From Bigelowiella natans CCMP2755 (Eukaryota > Protista > Cercozoa), in NCBI GenBank assembly GCA_000320545.1, contig ADNK01001602.1, positions 1-44,083 on the forward strand: a stretch of 44,083 bases of DNA, in the 5' to 3' direction. Below are positions 12,777 through 22,700 of this stretch, in pieces (the first letter of the stretch is position 1; the number at the start of each line of letters is the position of its first letter). The position numbers and the translations under genes were made by a program. The notes under the pieces are model-generated. The model was not told where the DNA came from and did not search any database. It was given only the letters and a program-made list of their open reading frames with translations.

Positions 12777-14852
12777 ATGCTCATCAGAGTCTTTTCCGTG
12801 CTACTCGTCCTAGCGCATGCTGGTGATCTGACCCTTGAGAAGACGCTCTCTGGGATTCCTTATCGAACAGGGACGCAAGTCCCTACAGGTGTCAGGAGGA
12901 TCGAGTATGTCAGCGTTACGGTTGACGATCTCCCACTCGCGAAAAAGTTCTATGGCGGTGTACTTGGGGGTGTGGAGGTGGAGTTTTGCACAGGTCAAAG
13001 CCAATACTGCACTCAGGACGGCGCAGTGAGATTCAGTGGTGACAGCTTCAAGAACGCCATGTTTGGGACAGACATCGCTGCTGGAACTCCAACCCCGCCC
13101 ATTGGGGACAACGGAACCCACGAAGTTCATTCTGTCTGGTACATACTCGGAAATGCCTTGATTCAGTCAGTGAAATTTGTGGACAAGCAGAGCGGGGCTG
13201 TTTTCAATCTGCGAGAGCCCCTGACGTCTCCTGTTTGGATGGCGAAGGCGCACATCGATCTTTGGGTCAAGGACGGTGTCGATGGCAACAGGTTCATCTA
13301 CGACGTAGAGACACAATCGCACGCCCAGGGAGCAAAAGATGTGAAATTTAATCGCCCAGTTCCACAAGAAACACGGCAAGATCGTAACAGCGTTCCAATG
13401 TCTAAGTACATCAACAAGGTAATCGGAAGTCCTTTCGATGGACTAAGCTGGGCCTATTTCAAGGGACCAATTGGTGAACAGCTGGAAATTTATAAGATCA
13501 CTAGAACGATTAAGCAAGGTATTGGTCGTGCATACTGCGACAGGGGTGCGGTTAGCTCTGCGTTCATGCCCGACAGCGACCGGGTTTCGAACGGGACTTT
13601 GTCGGATCAGCTGTTTGGCTTGGTACAAGGAAAAATAGAATTGATTTCGAGACCCTTTTGCCTGTCATGTGAAGAGCCAGAGTCTTTTGGTGTGGATTGC
13701 GGTTTTACTTCCTGCAAACATTTAGTTTAGTCTGTGATATTCTACTTTTATGTTTACAATTTTTGGTAGTTCCAGTGGGGTTACCGCACGGGCGATCTGA
13801 ATAGAGCCGTAGGATTCTACACAGAAGTCCTCGGGGGAAATTTGATAACGTAAGTTACGTGTATTTGTGTCTTTATGTGTGATGTAGACTGAAATAGCGG
13901 TGTGCAAACTGGGAAAACACTTAAATACATATGAGTCCTCAAAGACTAACAAACACACAATCCCAGATACCCGACCCAAGGCATTGAAATCATGAGAGAC
14001 GATAGCGCACACTGGATGCTTCTCGCCAACGAGACCATCGAATCCTACGAATACGCAGCAGAAACCAACGTCCCCAGGGCCACAGCCATGAGGCACTTTG
14101 CCGTGGCTAACCTCAGTAGTACAGGCTTCGATCGCCTCGATCACAGGTTCATTCTCTTTGACAACTTCGTCGTCGAGCCCCTGAAATACACGAATGGCCT
14201 GACCTTCGGCGGCGATGGCTACGATCCCAAGCTCAACCACACTGCCTCTCCCGCATATGTCGGCACCATTGTGGGTGCGTTCGGCCTAGACAGAGGCCAA
14301 TCGGTCCAATCTTACCTCCCTGGCTTCAAGAAGCGCTTGGAGACTCAGGGGTTTCGCGACGTGCAGCCGCCGGCCGAAGTAGCTGTCTTCCCTGCCGGAC
14401 ATCCTTACGGCGGACTTGAGCTGGGATACGCGAAGGGCGTGGATGGAGAGACATTTGCGATCGTCCAGGTTGGGGAGGGGTCATTCATGAGTACGCTGAA
14501 GCCAGCAATGATCCAGGCTGGGGCCGTCTCGACGCTTTTCAACGAAACCAACATCTACAAGCAGGGGAAGATGAAGGAGTTCTGCGCCTACGCGGACCAA
14601 GTCACCAACGGGGCCGCTGTGGAAATCAAAAGCGTTGGAGACAGCCTGACGCCATCGGGCAGCGGGGACACCTGTGACAACGCGAGCGACGGCATTCCGA
14701 AGGATCTCACCGTTGCTGCGGTCGTGCTGGCGGCTCTGAACTTCGCTGTACTCCTCTGTGCCGTCTGCTATCTTTTCAACAGTAGGCGGAATGTTACCCC
14801 TGTCGAAGCAAACAGCGATGTAAACATGCAAGGATACAATGCAATGTCGTAG
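12777..14852 (+). CDS. Signal peptide + two VOC (glyoxalase/bleomycin-resistance-like) domains + C-terminal transmembrane helix; 3 exons (12777-13622, 13770-13849, 13967-14852)
   Basis: Hydrophobic N-terminus MLIRVFSVLLVLAHA. VOC-type motifs IEYVSVTVDDLPLAKKFYGGVLG...YFKGPIGEQLEI and FQWGYRTGDLNRAVGFYTEVLG...YAKGVDGETFAI. TM segment LTVAAVVLAALNFAVLLCAVCYLF. GT-AG introns keep the frame. Confidence 0.75.
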
Positions 14853-15708
14853 GTCCCCGTTTCGGGGACGAGTTGCCGGATTAGCAGGTCAATTGCACAG
14901 GGATATCGAAGCAAAAGATAGGCGATGAAGAATGAGCGTACCACTTCGGCAACAAGTCATGTACATGTTTAAGCAATCAACAGCGCTAAGCAAGACTTAA
15001 TATTATTTTCTTGAAAAAATATGAACAGATTACTCCGTAATGTATCACCGGGGGTTGGACTAGATAAACTTTAAAAGAAAATTTATAGATTGATAACAAA
15101 TTTTTCGTGGCATCATAGATTCATAAAATTCTAATTCTTACACAATAGCAGCTATCAAAAGAAAAGAAAATTTTACACGAACAAGGTAGCGCTACTCATC
15201 CTTACCACCATACGCTAACAGCTAGCAGCAAACGATATTGCTACTGACAGCACTAAGTCTAGTGAGTAGTCCGTGGGCAGGCGGTACACGCAGGTAGCGC
15301 ATCGTACGCGGCGCATTCATGTCACGGGATTGCGCAAGCTATGCTGTGTGTGACTGTTTGTTGTGGCAGCACCTGCATTATACACAATGCTGCGTGGACA
15401 TTTACACCTAGCTATGCAACATGAGCTAAGCAGAACACCTGGAATCGCCTAGGCGTGCATGCTTACATCATGTGCCTCAGGTGCATTTGAGATGTTCATT
15501 AATACTACACCCGTCTCAAATTTCTCGACTGTCGTTTATTAGAGAGAAAGACGTGCATGCACGACAAATCGTAGCATCTAGCATAGCTCTACTGAAGCTG
15601 GTGTGGAAACCAAAGCGGCAGGGTGCCATGCCTAATCCGACGCGAGTTATGTGGCGTTTGCCATGCGATCACGGCTTGGCATTTAGTCATGCACATGTAA
15701 TGTTGCAC

Positions 15709-15906
15709 AGCAGCAGGGTTATGACCATATACCCCACATTTCATTTCCCATCCACAATCAGTAGCAAAATTTGCGAAAATGCGCAACATGAAAATTTGCC
15801 TACTGACGACCTACTGCTGAACTGAATTGCTAGAATGACATGATGAAAACCACAGGCACATCCCATGTGTTTTGTGAAAACAATCTTTGTTAAAAATGAC
15901 ATAGCA
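15709..15906 (+). repeat. Solo, less-mutated copy of the inverted-repeat sequence that bounds the 28280-35106 element
   Basis: Shares GCAGCAGGGT...CCCCACATTT and CTGACGACCTACTGCTGAACTGAATTGCTAGAATGACATGATGAAAA...CACATCCCATGTGTTTTGTGAAAACAATCTTTGTTAAAAATGACAT with 28280-28615. Confidence 0.85.
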
Positions 15907-16493
15907 CTACGTACATGTGTGAGGATGAGCCATTGCACAAATTTATTAATCGATTAATTGCATCCGTATAGGGCGTCTTATGTTTTTAGGTTCATGCCGA
16001 ATAATGAACACAGTAATACTATATGTATACCGATCTGCGAAATGCGAGTCGTGGGGCAGTGTATAAGCATTACGCATGCTGCTGCGCTACAAAGGAAAGA
16101 TACAGTCATCACCGCTGAAAGCTCTAAAGACAACGTTATATTTTATGCAGTTCATATTATTGCACTTGCACATACAATTGCTGTGCGATACATGCAACCA
16201 AATCTATGATTTGTTTCCACTAAATGCATAGCAGCTAGCTTCGATCGATGTTAACTAAGAAGAACACTAAGACATTACGTTGAAGACATGTTCCCTCAGT
16301 ACTGTACATCTCTCTTGCTTTCGCCCATCCGAAAGCAAAGCACCAACGCCAGCCTGGAAATGTGCTACATTCGCTGTTTGTGACAAAACCAAATTCAGGC
16401 AAAAGTAAGGAAAGGATGGCCAAAGTCATAAATGCGATCGACGGTACAAGTTTCGCGACTTTTAGGTTTCGAAATGAAGCAATATTGATGTAA

Positions 16494-17023
16494 TCAGCAT
16501 AGACGGAGTTGCTCGTGCTGTACATCAATACTTCTCAAAAATAATTTCTGGATGAGAAGCAAACGTCATTTCCAACATCATCACTTCTACTCCAGCATTT
16601 AGCAAAAAGTCTCTTCTCAAAATCTCACCTTCGACTTGATTATTTGCTCGAAGTAGGACCGAGCAAACTGGACATTTTGGCGCACCGCCGCACATTCTTT
16701 TACGCATCATCATCATGAAGCAAACAAGCAAGCAAAAACATGTACTGATGAGACGCATGCCGCCGAGAAACCACGCTCATCACCAAGCACACACGATAGA
16801 TTCCACACATGCGACGATAATTAGAAGACAGGTTAGAAGTTAAGATATACTTACGGATTCTAGGATTGGTCATCACAACCATAATGTACGTGTTGCTGGT
16901 GAATACATCAACGAGAGCCGCAAACGTCGAGTTTTTGACCTCCATGCTGCGGAATCTGGCCTGTGTCTTCCTGTAGCAGCAACATCATATGGGAAGAGTC
17001 CCAACACAACAGTAATCAACTCA

Positions 17024-17067
<44 letters not shown>

Positions 17068-17408
17068 ATTGCAGGGATATTCGCAGCTTCGCCTCTGGTA
17101 AAGGTGTCTCCGTACCCGCACGTCAGCTTGTAGTGCTTTATGATGTTGCTTATTTTCTCGAATCTATGCTGGTCCTGGTGCTCGCTGGTGATGGCATGCG
17201 AGATGACTAAGAAAGTTGCCTTCTCGAACAGAACCACTTCGTCGGCACCGCAGAGCTTGCACAGCTTCGCAAGCTTTTCTTGCAACAGAGAGACGTTTGG
17301 AACAAGCTGGTATACAATCTCACTCCAAGCCTTCATGAAATGCGTATATTTATGTGAATTCAATCGTCAAATGCGACCCCCCCCCCCCCCCCCTCTCTCT
17401 CTTTCTCT

Positions 17409-17467
<59 letters not shown>

Positions 17468-17944
17468 TTTGTGGAAAGATACACGCACCTTGTAGAGCGT
17501 CTCGTCCCATATCGACGTTCGAAACACGGTCAACTTTCTCGGATTCGCAATTTTCGCCAGCTCCTCCGTCCTCTCCTCAAGCAGCTAAGTAGGTGGTACG
17601 CAACGACACTCTCAATGTTGTTGCTGAAAAGCCTTTGGCGTGTCCAATGGCGCGATTGTCCCTCTTGCTCTCGCTATTTTTTCATCATCATCATCATCAT
17701 ACCTTGTTACGATCGTCTTCGTTCTTTATCAGATCCATTTTGTGGATAAGGCAGAAAACGCGGGCTTCAGGCGATAGCTCGTTGATGCTTTGTAAGCAGC
17801 TTACAAACTGATCCATATCTTTTTTGTGCTGATTCGTGAAAAGATGATAATGATGATTAACCAATAAAAACGTGGTGTCAAAAGGGACTAGGGAAGTGAT
17901 AAATAGGAATATCTAACTGGACGCAACGAAGCGCTAAATGTAAA

Positions 17945-17989
<45 letters not shown>

Positions 17990-18887
17990 GTGTCTGTCTA
18001 TGTGTGAGTGCGTGCGTGCTCTTCGCCATCCACCTCGTGGCTATCTACGTCGAACACGTAAATGAGAACGTGGACTCCCGAGAAGGTTTGGGAGCGCTCT
18101 GAATTGAAGAAAGCCTCCATAAATGCGTCCTGCCTGTATTGAGCATGTACGTGCATGGGCGAGTGAGTTGGGACCGGAGGGGGGAATGCGGGCGAAGCGG
18201 AACCGTAGACACAACTTACCCTGTTTGACCCTAGAGCTTTAACTTTTTAAACTCACCAGTCCACCACCTTCCCCCTCGCCCCCTCCCCTGCTTTCCACTG
18301 AAAACATACCCTCCGCAGTCCCACAGATTGAGGACGAGATTTCCCAAGAATTTAACGTTGTCGTGGTCGACGTGCACTGTGGATAGCACGAAATGTACGG
18401 TGAAATTCCAGACACGAAATTAGAGGTGGGTGTTCTGGAAAATTTGTGATTTTCGTTAAGGTTCGACTCATCTCCGTGGGTTGCAGCTGGAGATTCATGC
18501 ATGCATATTTGCGTGTATTTTATGAGCGACATGGATATCAATGGAATTATGAGGGATTGGTCAAAGAAATATTGTGCAAGCTGCAGAGAAGGGTGCTACT
18601 GTTCCACTTACAAGTAGGTCCCAAACGCATCGTTGGCTTGGCTGAATGACACAAGTAGTATCATCAGTGTGGTTCACACATCATCATCAAGAAACATGCA
18701 CACAAACTCACCCAGAAAGTTGGCGAAGATAATGGAGCGCATGCTCGTCTTTCCTGATCCCGACTTGCCCATCAACAAAACCTGCATGCACAATGTTTAG
18801 CCAGCGGGTGACTTTAGCAGACATCCCCAAACCAATCTTAATTTCGATATTTGAACTGACTTTCTTCAAGCCCTTGCTTGACGCCAT
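16494..18887 (-). CDS. RRAGA: Ras-related GTP-binding protein RagA/B (Gtr1), TORC1 amino-acid sensing; ~11 exons, last exon uncertain
   Basis: Spliced translation [30 protein letters not shown]...[20 protein letters not shown]...LIYVFDV...FCLIHKMDL...[23 protein letters not shown]...[17 protein letters not shown]...[11 protein letters not shown]...[10 protein letters not shown] contains the diagnostic RagA/Gtr1 motifs. Confidence 0.95.
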
Positions 18888-19032
18888 TGTGAGGAGCTGT
18901 TCCCGATGGTGTGTCGGAGGGCGTGGGGTGATAGTGACGATGAATCTTTTCTCCGTACCAGTAGTCGTGAAGGTGTGGGGGCAGCCAGATCTGAAGAGAT
19001 CGAGACTCTCAGGAGATTCATTCACGCCCACT

Positions 19033-19088
19033 GGGGATTATCGGGGATTATCGGGGATTATCGGGGATCACAGGGGATTGCCGGGGAT
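19033..19088. repeat. 10-bp minisatellite (GGGGATTATC)n about 150 bp upstream of the RagA start
   Basis: GGGGATTATC x3, followed by the variants GGGGATCACA and GGGGATTGCC. Confidence 0.85.
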
Positions 19089-19362
19089 GGGGGGGCCAAC
19101 ATCCTTGCACCAGGGCGCACATGATTGTTGTCACACCAGTGGGTCCGCGTTGTTTTCAGCTCGAGACACTGCGTTTCGCACTTTGCAAATGTCATGCAAC
19201 ACTTTTGAAGTGTGGTCGATCAACAATGTCTCCTGTTTCTTGTCATCGATGATCCTTTGTGTCAGGTCCCCTGCTGGCCTGTTTGGAATTGAATCGCGCA
19301 AATTGGAGATCAATTGAAGCCCTGTTGAACGAATTGGAATTTGGCTCAGATGCATGCTGCGC

Positions 19363-19688
19363 TGTTGCGCGTAAGGTGTTCACAGGCCGAGGCGCTACGT
19401 GCACAAGTAGGCAGGGGGGGGAAAGGCACGTTTGCTTCCTTTTGAAGAGTTGTGTTTATTTTTATTAAAGATTATATTTTTATTAAATCGTGCACTGCGT
19501 AATCATTCGCGAAGCTTTCGCGAATGCCGCCGCACGTGGGGCAGCACACTTCCGGTGTGCTGCCATGAGTCCCGCCGGAACCCACGTGCCTATGCTGTAT
19601 TAATATCTACGTTATCTATATTCTATATCCGCGACAACCCCCTTTGTTGTCGCACGTGACTTGTGCCCGCGTAGTGGTACGCGCTACA
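19363..19688 (-). repeat. 3' LTR of the intact Gypsy element
   Basis: Direct repeat of 24753-25078, adjacent to the PPT. Confidence 0.95.
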
Positions 19689-19696
19689 CCTCCCCC
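19689..19696 (-). promoter_or_regulatory. Polypurine tract (GGGGGAGG)
   Basis: Purine run on the element strand immediately before the 3' LTR. Confidence 0.8.
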
Positions 19697-19739
19697 AAGT
19701 CACGTTGCTCCTTCCTTCCTTCCTTATTCCCTTAGACCT

Positions 19740-22700
19740 TCATCGCTTTCGGAACTTCACCAACCACCAGGTAATAGATTCCTCTCTAACCTTATCTCCT
19801 TTGTCGCTTACCCAGAACTCACCTTCGTCCTTAGGTTCGTGTCCATACCAGCCCTCTGCATCAAGGTCCCCCAGGACCTTATACCAGTGCTCAAAGGGTA
19901 AGTCGGGAACAGCTAGGTAGAGTAGCTGATATTTTCCGTCCTTTATTTTCATAGCTACCCTCTCCATATTTCGTAATCCAGGGTAGCCTAGATAGACAAT
20001 CTTCATGCGCCAATCGTCGTTCACCCTGACCTTATTGTTTCCATATTCCACATCGAACTTAGGTCGGGGTCCTAAACAAGGCATTGCTCGCTCCCACACA
20101 GTAGGGTTTACTTTAACATCCTCTAGGAGCTTCTCACCGATATCATAATTCTTTAGGTGACTGATGTGGCGCAAGGTGACCCTGTTCCCATCATAGATGT
20201 AGTACTGCTTCCTCCCCTTCCTCTCGGTAACCTTTGCAACGCCACCCCAGAAGGGGTCTTGTTTATTTCTCGATCTCAGATTTACCTTGGCCCTAACATA
20301 CTGTCCTTCCTTTAGAACTCGGCCATCGTACGGGACCTTCTCGTCTTCGCTCTCGGTATCGTCGTCGTTGTCGTCGCCTTCTTCCCTCTCCTTATCCTTG
20401 ATACCTCCCCCAGACGTGAAGGTGTCGTTTACTAACCCTTGTATCTTGTCTGGTGTGGTGCTATTTATCCTGCTTAGGTTGGCCAAGGTGCGGTGGAGTC
20501 GCTCTACCTTGGAGTTGGACTGGGCATAGTATACAGGTGAGGCATCAATATTAGGGTGTGGTAGCTGTAGAAGAGAGGTCTCATTATCCACATGTAACTT
20601 CTTTGGTATCTTGTTTATGCTAACTTCATCAGGGATAGCCTGGAGCTCAGACTCCCAGGTACGGTAGCAGTTAGTAAGCCTCTGCTTATATAAGCCTTTG
20701 TTCTTCTTAGCAACGTTGACCTTGATAATCTTTTTAACCCAGCACTTTCCAGTGGCCACATCAACGAAGGTAAGGTAGTGATAGCCATCGTACTTATAAA
20801 CATCAATTTGCACGATATCTAAGAAGTTCCTTGCTTTGATTTTCTTAGATGCACGGCTCTTGCTGGACTCCTTGGTGGCGACGCCTGCCGCCTTCAAGCT
20901 GGAGCACCTGCAGCCACGCAGGTATGTCCTTATCTCTTTTAGCTTGTAGGGCCAGTAGTAATGGTAGAGTAGAGCAGTGATATGGTTTTCTCCTACGTGT
21001 GCAGGTCCATGGGCGGTAAAGAGAAGGGCTCCCCTGGTCCGCCGTGGCACGTAGGTACGCCTAACATTATTAGTGTATACATATATCCTATCACTAAGTA
21101 CCTCATGCTTGTGTTTGTATTTATCCAGGTGTTCTTGAAGGTGCTGGAGCTCCTCTGGCTCAGGCAGGAAGTCGCCGTCCTCGAAGGTAATCGCGTTAAC
21201 CATAGGGGTGACCTGGGTAGGGACTTTCTTTTCGAACAGCCTGCTGAAATAGTCAGCAAGCTGCTTGTCTCCTGGTGCGTAGACCACTGTCCTCTTGTCC
21301 CTAAACTCTTCCGTGTCCGCCCTCATAGCTGCATACTCATCGTTAGGCGCTTCGAGCTTGCGGTCGATGCCTAGGAGGGGCTTGTGGTCAGTCATTAAGG
21401 TGAAGCTGGGCACCGACAGCAGGTAGTATCTTAGTTTCCTCTGCGCCTCAGTCATGGCTTTATACTCTCCTTTTGTAGGGCTGTACTTGGCCTCAGCTGC
21501 TGTGCAGGCCCTGCCCCACACCCGTATGATCTGCTGGTCTTGGGTAAGTACAGCAGCCATACCTAGCTTAGACCAGTCTGTCCATAGGGTAGCTGGTCTA
21601 GTAGTGTCTAGCTTAGCATTCAATAGGGTGTTGCTGCATAACTTTATTAGGTTATCGAAGTGGGCATCAAGGCCAGCCTTGGCCCACACCTTAGCGAAGC
21701 TGAGGCCTACAGAGTTCTCCTTCCGGTAAGCAGTAGTAAAAGCAGCTGCAGTCCTAGCGTAGGTAGGGGAGAACCTACGTAGTATCCAAGCTGCAGTCTG
21801 CAAGAATGACTTTAACTCCTTTGCATTCTTAGGTTTAGGGGCTTGCTGTAGTGCTGCTACTTTCTCGGGGTTTGGGGTGATGCGGCCTTGCTCCAGGTAA
21901 TATCCACACCACTTGATTCTTGTAGCTAGGAATGTACACTTCTGCAGTCTAATAGTAAAACCGAAGTGTGCAAACCTAATAAATATATTTTCCAGGAGGA
22001 AGATCTGAGCGACGACTGTGTTGGTACATATTATGTCATCATCCACATACACAAACACAAACACCCACAACACAGACGCCATCCCATCATGTGTGTATGC
22101 CCTGTAGTTCTGACTACTGAACGCATCCCCTGATATGCTTAGGCCGTAAGGGAATACGACGAAGTGCCACTTCCTGTGCCTGCTGGAGAACGCGGTAATG
22201 GGGCGGGAGGTTTTGTGGATGGGTGTCTGCATGTATGATTCATTTTTATCTAGGGAAGAGTAGTATTTGTATCCTATGACGTGTTCAATAACGTCATCTA
22301 TCCTTGGTGTAGGTGTCTGGATCCTCTTTATTACTCGGTTGTGGCGGATGAAGTTGTGCGCCAGGCGGAAGAAAGGGTAAGTAGGTTTCTTAGCTAGTAC
22401 ATGTCTCACGTTCCATGGTGAGTTGCTTGGCTCTATCTTCCCTTCCTTTGCCCATTCATTGATCTGCCACTCTATCTTTTCCCAGTCCGCTTCCGGTCGC
22501 CTATGTTCTGGGTCATTGATGATGCACTCTTCGTATCCCTTCTTTAGCTCGATCTTTACTGGGGTAAGCTTGCTGGAGGGCTTCGTCGTCGGCTTGGTGA
22601 TGTCAGAGTACTTCTCGTTTAATATTTTATTAATGTACTTTTTGCCTTTGTCGATATCCCAATCATCAGCTGGGGGGGTCTTGTCCAGTAGCTCCGTTAT

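Noticed and set aside
19033-19088. Telomeric repeat
   Set aside because: Only about 5 units of a 10-mer, internal and next to a gene start.
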